Assembly (NCBI GenBank): GCA_963744445.1 | Contig: CAVUTP010000001.1 | Location: 276,308-340,307 of the forward strand | From: an uncultured Acidobacteriota bacterium | Lineage (GTDB): Bacteria > Acidobacteriota > Vicinamibacteria > Vicinamibacterales > Fen-181 | Reading direction: 5' to 3' | Length of the DNA: 64,000 nucleotides | Part shown: positions 19,254 to 28,300 of the stretch, in pieces | Numbering within the stretch: the stretch's first letter is position 1 | How the letters are laid out: every line of letters begins with the position of its first letter | Position numbers and translations under genes: made by a program | Notes under the pieces: generated by a model | What the model saw: the letters and a program-made list of their open reading frames with translations, nothing else | Databases searched by the model: none | What the model was told of the DNA's origin: nothing

Positions 19254-20268
19254 AGCGGGTATTCCTGGCCGTGACCGCAGCCGCCTGCCTGCTGGCGACG
19301 AGCGGCAGCGCTGCGGCGCAGCAGGTGATCAAGATTGCGACCGTTGCCCCGGAGGGGACGCCCTGGCACGACATGCTCCAGGACCTCAACGCCAGGTGGA
19401 AGAAGGTCTCGAACGGGGCGATTTCGCTTCGCATCTACCCGAACGCCACACAGGGCGACGAGCCGGACTACATCAGGAAGATTCGGATCGGGCAGCTGCA
19501 GGCCGCGGCGCTGACCAGCGTGGGGATGGAGACGATCGCGGCCGAGGCGAGCGCGCTGTCGATCCCGTTCCTGTTCGACTCGTGGGAAGAGCTGGACTAC
19601 GTCCGGGATCGCATCGGCCCACGGATCAAGAAGGCTCTCGAGGACAAGGGGTTCGTGGTCCTCAACTTCGGTGATGCCGGCTGGGTGCACTTCTTCACCG
19701 CCAAGCCCGCGCCCAGGCCGGCGGATCTGAAGAAGCTGAAGCTCTTCACGTGGGGGAACAACCCGGCCACCGAGGAGATGTACGAGGGAGCCGGCTTCGA
19801 CGTCGTCCCGCTGGCGGCGACCGAGATCCTGCCTGCCCTGCAAACCGGGAAGATCCAGGCCTTCCCCTCGCCGCCCATCATAGCCGGGGCTTCGCAGTGG
19901 TTTGCCCTGGCCAAGAACATGACCGACGTGAAGTTCGCGGCTGTCGTGGGAGGCACGATCATCTCCAAGACCGTGTGGGACAAGATCGACCCGGGGCTGC
20001 GGCAGAAACTGATGAAGGAAGCCGAGGACGTGGCGATGCTGTACCGGCCGAGGATCCGCAAGATGGAGGCCGATGCCATTGCCGAGATGAAGAAACACGG
20101 TCTCCAGGTGGTCGCCGTGCCGCCCGACGCCTTGCGCGAGTGGAAGCAGACCGGGGAGAACGTCTACCCAAGCTGCGCGGGCAGTACATCCTGGCGCCCG
20201 ACTTCGACGAGGTGATGAAGCTCGTCAAGGAGTTCCGGGCGAAGCCGTCGGCCAAGCCCGCGAAGTAG
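19250..20268 (+). CDS. TRAP transporter substrate-binding protein (DctP/TatP-like), frame broken near 20169
   Basis: Signal peptide MKRVFLAVTAAACLLATSGSAAAQ, then KIATVAPEGTPWH. The C-terminal KLRGQYILAPDFDEVMKLVKEFRAKPSAKPAK is in the frame of ORF 19750..20268. The shift is at TACCCAAGC. Confidence 0.8.
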
Positions 20269-20280
20269 CCGCAGCTAAAA

Positions 20281-20301
20281 CAGGATTCAGGATTCAGGAT
20301 A
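20281..20301 (+). repeat. Heptamer tandem array CAGGATT (3 units)
   Basis: CAGGATT CAGGATT CAGGATA, between the TRAP binding-protein stop and the TRAP permease start. Confidence 0.9.
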
Positions 20302-20352
20302 CCGGGCCCGACGTGACTACGCTGCCCTCCCGTGGGGCCCACACACGCTCCG

Positions 20353-22248
20353 ATGACTGACATGGCCGACACGCCCGTCCCGCGCCAGGCTCAACCCCGC
20401 GCCTGGCACCGCCTCGAAGACGCCATCGGCATCGGCGCGCTGGTGGCGCTGGCGCTGCTGCCCCTGACCGAGATTGTCGTCCGGCCCCTGATCGGGATCG
20501 GGGTGGCCAACTCGGTCGGCATGGTGCAGCACCTGACGATGTGGGTGGCGTTTCTCGGGGCGATGATTGCCTCACGGCACCGCCGCCACCTGGCGCTTGC
20601 CACGGCCACGTTCCTGCCGACCTTGTTCCGCCCATTTGCCGACATCGTCTCCGCCGTTGCCGCGGCCGGCGTTGGCGCCGTGCTCGCCTGGGCCTCGGCG
20701 CAACTCGTTCAGGCAGAGCGCTTGAGCATCCAGACCCTCACTGGAGGGCTGCCAGTCTGGGTGGCGATGACGATCATCCCCTTCGGGTTCGCGGTCGTCG
20801 CCCTGCGGGCCTGGTGGCAGGCCGGCGTGGCACACGCCCCCGAGGGCGCGCAGCCGCCACCGCCCTTCTCTCCTGGGCTGGCGTGGACGCGCCGGGCTGT
20901 CGTGGGCCTCGGCGTCGTCGCCATCGTGGGCTTGGGATTCGCGTCCGAGGCCACGGCGGCTTCCGCCCGATGGCCGTTGATCGGCGGCCTGCTCGCGGCG
21001 ACCGTCCTCGGCGCCCCCATCTTCGTGACACTGGGCGGGGTGGCGCTGGTGCTCTTCTACGCCGACGCCATCCCTTTGGCGGCGGTGGCCAGCGAAACCT
21101 ACAAGATCGTGTCCTCGCCCACGCTCCCGACCATCCCGCTCTTCACGATGGCGGGCGTGCTGCTGGCGGAAGGCGGCACGCCGACGCGCCTTGTTCGGTT
21201 GTTCCAGGCTCTTGCCGGGTGGCTGCCGGGCGGGACGGCGGTGGCGGCGATTCTCGTCTGCGCGTTCTTCACGACCTTCACGGGCGCCTCCGGCGTGACG
21301 ATCCTGGCTCTCGGCGGCCTGCTGCTGCCGGTGCTGATGAAGGACGTGTACTCGGAACGGTTCTCGCTCGGTGCGATCACGTCGGCCGGCAGCATCGGCC
21401 TGCTGTTCGTCCCCAGCCTCCCCGTGATCCTGTACGCCATTTCCGCGGGGACTCCGGTCAACGAGATGTTCGCCGCGGCGATGGGCCCCGGCGTCGTCCT
21501 CGTCGGCCTTGTCTCCCTGTACTGCTTGTGGGAGGGCATCCGGCGCGGCAGCCGGTGGCGCACGCCCGATGTCGGCGAGATAGCCGCGGCAGCCTGGGCG
21601 GCGAAATGGGAGGTCGTGCTGCCGGTGGTGGTGTTCGTCAGCCTGTTCGGGGGCTTCGCCTCCACGGTGGAGGCGGCCGCCATCACGTTCTCCTACGCCT
21701 TCGTCATCAAGTGCCTCGTCTACCGGGACGTGACGATCACGCGAGGGCTGCCGCACGTGCTGCTCGAGTCGGCCGTCCTGGTTGGCGGCGTCCTGATTAT
21801 CCTCGGCTGCGCGCTGGGCCTCACCGGCTACCTGATCGACGCCGAGATCCCGATGCGCGGCGCCGACTGGGTCAAGGCGACCATCCAGTCGAAGTGGGCC
21901 TTCCTCCTCACGCTGAACGTGTTCCTGCTGATCGTCGGCTGCCTGATGGACATCTTCTCGGCGATCTTCGTGGTCGTCCCGCTGATCCTGCCCATCGCCG
22001 CGGCGTTCGACATCCACCCGCTCCACCTCGGGGCAATCTTCCTGACGAACCTGGAACTGGGCTACCTGACGCCGCCGGTGGGCCTGAACCTGTTCCTGGC
22101 ATCGATGCGCTTCCGCCGGAGCATGTTCGAGGTCGTGCGCGCCGTACTGCCGTTCCTGGCCGTGCAGGCCGTCGCGGTCCTGCTCGTCACCTTCGTCCCG
22201 GCGCTGAGCGTCAACTTCTCCGCCTGGCTGATGCGACTGCTGGGATAA
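20353..22248 (+). CDS. TRAP transporter fused small/large permease (DctQ-DctM fusion)
   Basis: About 630-aa polytopic protein. The N-terminal 4-TM DctQ-like part is followed by a DctM-like part (TFTGASGVTILALGGLLLP, GYLTPPVGLNLF). The start is uncertain (20332, 20353 or 20362). Confidence 0.85.
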   Translation: MTDMADTPVPRQAQPRAWHRLEDAIGIGALVALALLPLTEIVVRPLIGIGVANSVGMVQHLTMWVAFLGAMIASRHRRHLALATATFLPTLFRPFADIVSAVAAAGVGAVLAWASAQLVQAERLSIQTLTGGLPVWVAMTIIPFGFAVVALRAWWQAGVAHAPEGAQPPPPFSPGLAWTRRAVVGLGVVAIVGLGFASEATAASARWPLIGGLLAATVLGAPIFVTLGGVALVLFYADAIPLAAVASETYKIVSSPTLPTIPLFTMAGVLLAEGGTPTRLVRLFQALAGWLPGGTAVAAILVCAFFTTFTGASGVTILALGGLLLPVLMKDVYSERFSLGAITSAGSIGLLFVPSLPVILYAISAGTPVNEMFAAAMGPGVVLVGLVSLYCLWEGIRRGSRWRTPDVGEIAAAAWAAKWEVVLPVVVFVSLFGGFASTVEAAAITFSYAFVIKCLVYRDVTITRGLPHVLLESAVLVGGVLIILGCALGLTGYLIDAEIPMRGADWVKATIQSKWAFLLTLNVFLLIVGCLMDIFSAIFVVVPLILPIAAAFDIHPLHLGAIFLTNLELGYLTPPVGLNLFLASMRFRRSMFEVVRAVLPFLAVQAVAVLLVTFVPALSVNFSAWLMRLLG

Positions 22249-22257
22249 GGCGAAGGT

Positions 22258-22353
22258 GGCACTGGCACCGCGCGGGGCACCGCACCTTCGGTACCTCCGG
22301 CACCTTCGGCACTGCACCATCAGCACCTCCGGCACCTTCAGCACCCTTGGCAC
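22258..22353 (+). repeat. 9-nt-period array GGCACCTTC / GGTACCTCC (about 10 units)
   Basis: GGCACCTTCGGTACCTCCGGCACCTTCGGCACTGCACCATCAGCACCTCCGGCACCTTCAGCACCCTTGGCAC, lying between convergent gene ends. Confidence 0.85.
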
Positions 22354-22790
22354 GACACTCTCACGATCGCCGCAATGGCGTCCGTGTCGTGAGCCAGCGC
22401 GAGGGCGACGAGGTCCGCAACCGTCGTCTTCCCGCGGCGGGCCACAAGTACCGTCGACGACAGCTGAGCAGCGGTGAGGGTATCGAGGTTCCGGACCGTG
22501 GCGGCCCGAAGCGCCGCAAATCGCGCCATGAGGGTCTCGGGTGGTTCGGCGGAGCCAGGCGCGGGGCGGGACGCCGCATCGACGGGCTCGGCGCCCACCT
22601 CCGCGTCCGTCGCGAAACGGCCAGCCTCGATGCTTTCCTGCAGCCACGATTCGTAGGCCAGCAGCCCGCGGAGCACGGGCCCTACGTCGAACGCTCCCCG
22701 CCCGTGCGACTCGCGCAGCCGCGACGCCAGCCTGCGCGGCGTGTCGGCGAGCGCCTTGATCTGAATCACACACTCGAGAAGATCGGCCAT
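22338..22790 (-). CDS. Hypothetical protein (possibly DinB-like helical bundle)
   Basis: 150-aa ORF, MADLLECVIQIKALADTPRRL... Coding-like composition. No firm motif recognised; the family assignment is a guess. Confidence 0.4.
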   Translation of the reverse strand: MADLLECVIQIKALADTPRRLASRLRESHGRGAFDVGPVLRGLLAYESWLQESIEAGRFATDAEVGAEPVDAASRPAPGSAEPPETLMARFAALRAATVRNLDTLTAAQLSSTVLVARRGKTTVADLVALALAHDTDAIAAIVRVSCQGC

Positions 22791-22875
22791 CAGAAAGGCC
22801 TCCTGTCCTCAGTCTACCTCCGCGGTTCGCGTCGCCGCCCATTCGGAGACCGCCACGCCATCAGACAAGCCTCCG

Positions 22876-23003
22876 TGTGCTTGGTGTCTTGGTAATGGTT
22901 CGTCTTCGTGGTGACAGCCTGGCCGCGTGACACGGCTCCGCGACCTTTGTGGTCTCGGTGGTTGTCTTTGTCTTCGCGATCTTCGTGCGCTTCGTGGTGA
23001 ACT
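22876..23003 (+). repeat. T-rich dispersed element with CTTCGTG / GTTGTCTTTG motifs
   Basis: GTGTGCTTGGTGTCTTGGTAATGGTTCGTCTTCGTGGTGA...GGTTGTCTTTGTCTTCGCGATCTTCGTGCGCTTCGTGGTGA. It shares GTTGTCTTTG..CTTCGTGGT with 62764-62832. Confidence 0.7.
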
Positions 23004-23012
23004 CTGGTAGGT

Positions 23013-23780
23013 TCAGGCGTCTTTGAGCGCGGCGATGAGTGCGGTGACCGTGGTGATTTCGCCCGAGCGGGCGGCGTGGGCAGTGCGGCGGGCGGCGGCG
23101 AAAGGTGGCACCGGCTGTTCGCCGAGCAGTCGCTCGAGGATTTCGCCGAGGGCGGCGACATCGAGGGCGGGCGCCGCGTGGGTTCCGCTCAGGAGTCCAA
23201 ACCCGGTGGTCACCGGCTGCATCTGCCCTCCCCGGCGGCTCACGACGATCGACCCGGCCCCGAGGCGGCCGTGCAGGACGCCGGCCGCGTGCGCGTACTC
23301 GAGCGCCCGGCAGGCCAGGACGAACAGGGCCAGGCGCTCGGCCGGCTCCAGCTGGCGCGCCGAACAGTAGCGCTCGAGCGGCGTGCCCGGGATGTACTCG
23401 GACGCGACGCAGTAGTCACCGCCGGCGGTCACCCATCCCCCAGCCACGCTCGCGATGCCCGCGTGCGACAGCCTGCGAAGTTCCTTCAAGCGGGCGTCAA
23501 AGGTGCCCGCCGTCGTGGGCGCCGCAGCCGCCCCCCCCACCACTTCGATCGCGAGGAGCTGGCGCGTGCCGGGCCGCTCGGCCAGGTAAATCGTGTGGTC
23601 GGCGCCGCCATCGAGGACCGCCAACACGGCGGCCGACGAGAAATCGTCCCCGCTGACTGGCTCCTCCCCGCTCTCGTTGGGCTCGAGCAGCGCAAGCCCC
23701 AGTAGGCAGGCCGGGCACAGGCCGCCGCCGACGCGTCCCGTGGCCCGAGCGCCGCACGACGGGCAGCCCGACGTCGCCAT
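23013..23780 (-). CDS. Pseudokinase: protein-kinase-like domain lacking catalytic residues, with N-terminal Cys4 ribbon
   Basis: Start at MATSGCPSCG...CPAC, with a GGAGGAG ribosome-binding site. The kinase-fold blocks are degenerate: AIE replaces VAIK, HGRLGAGS replaces HRDLKPxN, and GFG replaces DFG. Confidence 0.7.
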   Translation of the reverse strand: MATSGCPSCGARATGRVGGGLCPACLLGLALLEPNESGEEPVSGDDFSSAAVLAVLDGGADHTIYLAERPGTRQLLAIEVVGGAAAAPTTAGTFDARLKELRRLSHAGIASVAGGWVTAGGDYCVASEYIPGTPLERYCSARQLEPAERLALFVLACRALEYAHAAGVLHGRLGAGSIVVSRRGGQMQPVTTGFGLLSGTHAAPALDVAALGEILERLLGEQPVPPFAAARRTAHAARSGEITTVTALIAALKDA

Positions 23781-23826
23781 GGTCACTCCTCCGCTCCACG
23801 GTATGAAGCAACCGCGCGCGCTCGTT

Positions 23827-24576
23827 TCACCCGGCGCCCAACACCCGGAACAGCTCCCGGATCTCACCGTCCACCTGCGAGGGGTCGGATACCGTTTCCC
23901 CAATCTCCTCGCGGAGCAGCGCGCCGAACCGGCGTCGGAGCCGGTGCACCGCCACCTTGATCGCGCCCTCCGACATCCCCAGTTCCCGCGAGAGCTCGGC
24001 GTAGGGCACCGTCTCCTGCTCGCCCGTGAGGTACCCCTCGAGCCGCGAGAGCTGCTCGGCCTTGCCGGCCTCGCGGAACTCCCGCCGCAGGCGCGCGAGC
24101 GTGCGCTCCAGGAGCGTCATCGCCCACCGGCGCTCGAAGACCCGTTCGGGCGTGTCCTCGTCCGGGGGCTCGAGGCTGTAACGCCCCTCCGCGCCTTCCA
24201 TCTCGAGCGACAGCAGGGCCACGCGGCCCCCGCGTTTCACCGCGCCCGCCCGGTCGCGCTCGTTCGACAGAAAGTGGCGGAGCGAGGCGAGCAGAAACGA
24301 CCGGAAGCGGCCGCGCGTCGGATCGGCATCTTTCAAGTAGTGCTTCTCGAGGAGGCGGGCGAAGAACTGCTGCGTGAGGTCCTGGGCCTGGTCCGCGTCG
24401 AAACCCCAGCGCCGCACGTAGGCGTAGAGCGGATACCAGTAGGCCTCGCACAGGTCAGCGAGCGCCTGCGCCCCGGCTGCCTGGGGATCCTGGCCGGCGG
24501 CCAGCACCTGGCTCCAGCGGGTCGTCGCGAAACGCCGGCCTCCGCGCGCGGATGGGCCGCCCGACTGTTCGGTCAT
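23827..24576 (-). CDS. ECF-type RNA polymerase sigma factor of the Ser/Thr-kinase-associated kind
   Basis: 249 aa from MTEQSGG, with a GGAGGAGG ribosome-binding site. N-terminal FATTRWSQV motif, a sigma-2 region (DLTQQFFARLL) and a sigma-4 HTH (YAELSRELGMSEGAIKVAVHRLRRRF). ATGA overlap with the upstream kinase gene. No anti-sigma gene is adjacent. Confidence 0.85.
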   Translation of the reverse strand: MTEQSGGPSARGGRRFATTRWSQVLAAGQDPQAAGAQALADLCEAYWYPLYAYVRRWGFDADQAQDLTQQFFARLLEKHYLKDADPTRGRFRSFLLASLRHFLSNERDRAGAVKRGGRVALLSLEMEGAEGRYSLEPPDEDTPERVFERRWAMTLLERTLARLRREFREAGKAEQLSRLEGYLTGEQETVPYAELSRELGMSEGAIKVAVHRLRRRFGALLREEIGETVSDPSQVDGEIRELFRVLGAG

Positions 24577-27329
24577 CTCGCCTCCTCCGAAATCGCGTCC
24601 TCGAGACCGGCCAGGAATCCTTCGGCGGTGGCGGGCCGCCCGGCCGGGTCGATGGCCAGGGCCTGCCGGAAGAACCCATGCTCGCGCTCGCCGAGCGACT
24701 CGAGGACCCCGGCCAGGCGCGACACGTCGCCGGCTGGCGGTGTCGTCCACGCCTGGTGCCCCGGACGCCAGCCGGGAACCGGGTACCCCCCGGTGAGCAG
24801 CTCGTAAGCCACCACGGCCAGCGACCACAGGTCCCATGCCGGGGAGGCCTCTTCCCCGCGAAGCTGCTCGGGCGCCATGTACCTGCGGGGTGCCCAGGAG
24901 GAGTCCGACTCCCGTCTCGCCGTGGCCGGCCGCGGCTGCCATGCCGCTGATCTTCGCGATCCCGAAGTCGAGCACCTTGGGCGTCTCGACGCCGTCCATG
25001 TCGGCCAGGAAGACGTTCTCGGGCTTCAGGTCCCGGTGGACCAGCTGCCTGCGGTGGGCGGCGCCAACGGCCGAACACACGGGCCGCAGCACCTCGAGGG
25101 CGCGCCCGCGCGCGAGACGGCCGCTCCCGGCCAGCTCCTCGCGCAGCGTCCTGCCGTGCAACAGCTCCATGACGAGGAACGCGCGGCCCTCGCCGAGCAC
25201 GCCGAAGTCGTGGATCGTGACGACGTGCGGGTGCGAGAACCGGGCGGAAAGCCGTGCCTCGCGCTGGAACCGTTCGGCGGAGCGCGGATCGGCCACCAGC
25301 TCCTCGCGCAGCACCTTGACCGCAACCGGCCGGTCCAACGCCTCGTCGTGAGCGCAGTAGACGACGCCCATCCCGCCCTGCCCCAGCCGGTTCTCCAGCC
25401 GGTAGCGCCCGGCAAACACACGCGGGAGCCGCGAGGGCACGAGGGGCGTGCCTTCATTCGAGCACACCGTCGACCAGTGGTCGTAGCAGATGCCGCAACG
25501 AGGGCACTCGCCGAAGGTGGTCACGCTGGGGCTCGTTCTCGTCTGCCGATCGAGCAGGAATCCCAGGCCCCGGGCAATCGATCCGAGCAGGGCCAGATCC
25601 TCCGACGCGTACGGCTCGTCCGAGCGTCGCGGGCCCAACGCCACCACGGCCGATGTCGAGGCGGGACCCGAGGGTACCGGCACCAGAAGGTCCAGGTGGG
25701 ACGCCGCCACTAACGCGGCCTCGTCCGCTGACAGCGGGCTCGCGTCTCCCTGCGCGGCAGCTTCCGCCACCTCGAGCGGCGTGCCGATCACCGTGGCCAG
25801 ACCGACCAGCCGTCCCCCTGCCGGCAGGGCCGAGGGGCCTTCCCCGGGCGGCACGCACGCCACGCGACGGGTACTCGTCGTCGCCGGCACGCCTCGTGAG
25901 AACTGAAACGAACGTGGGGTGCAGGGCGAGGTGGATCGAAGCCGCGACGCGTGCGGCCGCCTGCTCCAGCGTGGCGGCCCCTTCGATGTCGGCCGCGACC
26001 TGCCGCAGAATCCGCGACGTGTCGTAGCGCTCGCGGAAGAAACGGCGGTCCAGCGCATCGAGCCACTCGTGCCGCCGCCACTGCGCGACGAGGAGCGCCG
26101 ACACGAGGACGGCATACGTCGGAGCGCGAGTCCCGACCAGCTGGCCGATTGGCTCGTCGCGGTGCACGTACACGTCGGCCGCGAGCACGACGAGGAGCAG
26201 CGGGACGAGCGACAGCAGCAGGCGCCGCGCCAGCGCGTACCTCACGCCCTGGCGGACGATGAAGCTCAGGTCGAACAGCCGGTGCCGGAGGATCGCGTAG
26301 GAGAAGGATGCCGGGACCGACAGCATGAGGAGCGCGGCCAGCGCGACGAGGGGCGAGTCGAACAGCGCCAGCCTTCCGGTGACCATCCAGTAGCCCGCCA
26401 CTCCGCCTACGCCTGAGATACACGCCACCATCGTTCCGGCCACCAGCACGCGCACTCTCCGCCGGTCCGTCGGCTCTCGCATGGCCCGATAGCTCTGGAC
26501 GACGGTCACCGCCGTCGCCGCCAGGTAGGAGAACGACGCGAGCAGCAGCACGGTGAAGCCGTCCGGCGGCGGCTCGCCAACCGGCGAGTAGACCGACGCG
26601 AGCTGGTACCGCGCGTGCGGCGCTGCCGCGCCAACCATGGGCGCCCACACCAGGAGCCAGATCCACGGGGATCGGACCCGCCGGTAGGGATACGAGAGGA
26701 AGAACGTGAAGAGAATGACCGCGAGCACGAGCGTGCTCAGGTACGGAAGCCACAGCGCCTCGCGCACGCCCGGCGGAAGGTTTCGCCACACTTCCGAGAT
26801 TCGGTAGGGCAGGACCACGCAGAAGACGCCGAACACGGCGAGGACCCAGGCCCCGAGAAGCGCGGCGGAATCGCGCGGCCGGCGGCGGACGATGAGGAGG
26901 GCGAGCGCGAGGGACACCGCCTGGACGGCGCGGCTGAGCAGGACGCCGAGTCCCTCTCGGGTCAGCCAGGTACTGCCAGGATTCCCGCCCCTGCTGCAGG
27001 ACAACCGTCCGCAACGCGCCTTGACGCAGGACTTCCAACCGGGTGGGCAGGTCGAAGCTGAAGTTTGCGGCGACCACCGACCAGTCCATCCGCGACCGGA
27101 CGATCCGACCGCTCGCCCGGACAATCTCGTCGCCTTCGCGGAGGCCGGCACGCCCCGCCGGACCGCCCGGCTCCACGTGCGACACCCGGAGCCCGGCGGA
27201 GGAGCCGTCGAGCTCCATGCCTTCGTTCTCGGGCCGGGCCAGGTCGCAGTAGACGAGCAGGGCGAAGTAGGCGAGGAACGTCGCGACGCACGCGAGGAGC
27301 CAGACGGGCGGCCGTGGGGCCGTGTGCAC
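24573..27329 (-). CDS. Multidomain membrane Ser/Thr protein kinase (TM-PDZ, about 7 TM, GAF-like, Cys ribbon, kinase); frame broken about 3 times (near 26965, 25865, 24885)
   Basis: Assembled from four ORF-track frames. PDZ region: GLRVSHVEPGGPAGRAGLREGDEIV. Polytopic region: LALALLIV...LLLVVLAADVYV. GAF-like region: EQAAARVAASIHLALHPTFVSVL...LLGSIARGLGFLLD. Cys ribbon: CPRCGICYDHWSTVC. Kinase motifs: GQGGMGVVY, VAVKVL, HRDLKPENVF, DFGIAK and GTP(R)YMAPE. The total span is divisible by 3. Confidence 0.7.
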
Positions 27330-27341
27330 GGGGGGATTATA

Positions 27342-27383
27342 GGAGAATTGAGAATGGAGAATGGAGAATTGAGAATGGAGAAG
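27342..27383 (+). repeat. Heptamer tandem array GGAGAAT / TGAGAAT (6 units), left arm of an inverted pair
   Basis: GGAGAAT TGAGAAT GGAGAAT GGAGAAT TGAGAAT GGAGAAG. Confidence 0.9.
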
Positions 27384-27414
27384 GGACGAGCGCCCAAGCG
27401 TGGATCTCCGTTTT

Positions 27415-27457
27415 CCTTCTACATTCTCAATTCCCGGTTCTCAATTCTCGATTCTGG
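27415..27457 (+). repeat. Heptamer array ATTCTC(N) (6 units), right arm of the inverted pair
   Basis: CCTTCTA CATTCTC AATTCCC GGTTCTC AATTCTC GATTCTG. About 35 of 43 positions are complementary to the left arm (hand alignment). Confidence 0.85.
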
Positions 27458-28086
27458 AATAGGCGCTCCGCGGGTACGAGTTTCTCCGCCAGCTGCCGGG
27501 CGTGCCACTCGATCCCCCGGACGTGATCGAGCATGGCCAGGTAGATCGACGAGGCCCCGGGCTGGCAGACGCCCTCGATCAGGCGCTGCTCGTGCTGCAG
27601 GGCGTACTCGTGCGCCCGCGTCTCGCACTCCCGGCCCCCGTCGAGGATGGAGCGGACGAGGGTTCGGTTCCCGGTGCGCAGCGCGTCGTGGAGGTCCTCC
27701 ACCAAGGCGATCACGGTGTCCAGGAGGCCGCGGATCTCCCGCGTGGCGCGGTCGGTGAACAGCGCACCCTCTTTGAGGACCCGCTCCGCGTCCGCCGCCA
27801 GCAGTTCGATGTTGCTGACGATGCGGTCGAGATGCATGGGGAGAAACACCGCCTCGTCTTCGCGTTCGACGTGAAGGTTGACCGAGGCGGCGCGCTTGAC
27901 CATCAGGTCGATGAGCGCTCGCTCCTGACGGTGCACCGCCTGCGCCGTGCGGGCGGCCTCCTGCAGGGGCGCGATGTCGAGGTGGACGAATCCGTCACGC
28001 ACGCGATGCAGCATCCTCACGACTTGCTCGCCCATCCCCAGGAGCTGTGTCCGGTCCTCGCCGTCCGGGAGCGCCCTGCCGTCCAT
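27427..28086 (-). CDS. PhoU-domain-like helical protein, function uncertain
   Basis: 219 aa from MDGRALPDGEDRTQLL, with a GGGGGAGGA ribosome-binding site. Two helical repeats resemble PhoU/Na-Pi-associated domains (family recall only). The C-terminal residues and stop lie in a heptamer array. Confidence 0.45.
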   Translation of the reverse strand: MDGRALPDGEDRTQLLGMGEQVVRMLHRVRDGFVHLDIAPLQEAARTAQAVHRQERALIDLMVKRAASVNLHVEREDEAVFLPMHLDRIVSNIELLAADAERVLKEGALFTDRATREIRGLLDTVIALVEDLHDALRTGNRTLVRSILDGGRECETRAHEYALQHEQRLIEGVCQPGASSIYLAMLDHVRGIEWHARQLAEKLVPAERLFQNRELRTGN

Positions 28087-28219
28087 GGCCGTCCTCCCCC
28101 GTTGAAGCCGCGGTTCGACGAACTCGGGGCCGCCGCGCCAGTTCTTTCCCGTGTGTCGGACAGTATGGATCAAAACCGCGTCGCTCGCGGCGGGAACCTG
28201 TGCGAGGGCCTACGGTATA

Positions 28220-28262
28220 ATGACGTGTTTTGCGCACCAAGATGACGTGTTCGCGGACCAAG
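28220..28262 (+). repeat. Tandem 21-22-nt direct repeat downstream of a TATAAT box
   Basis: ATGACGTGTTTTGCGCACCAAG is followed directly by ATGACGTGTTCGCGGACCAAG. TATAAT lies at 28216-28221. The repeat is about 40 nt upstream of the dedA GTG. Confidence 0.8.
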
Positions 28263-28300
28263 CGACGCCGGGATGAACAGGCCGGGCGAGGGAGCCGTTC

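Noticed and set aside
20541-22895. 784-aa + ORF and 756-aa minus ORF (20572..22842) across the TRAP permease
   Set aside because: These are alternative or antisense frames of a gene whose chosen frame gives a coherent polytopic DctQM protein. Both alternatives are Arg/Pro/Gly-rich.
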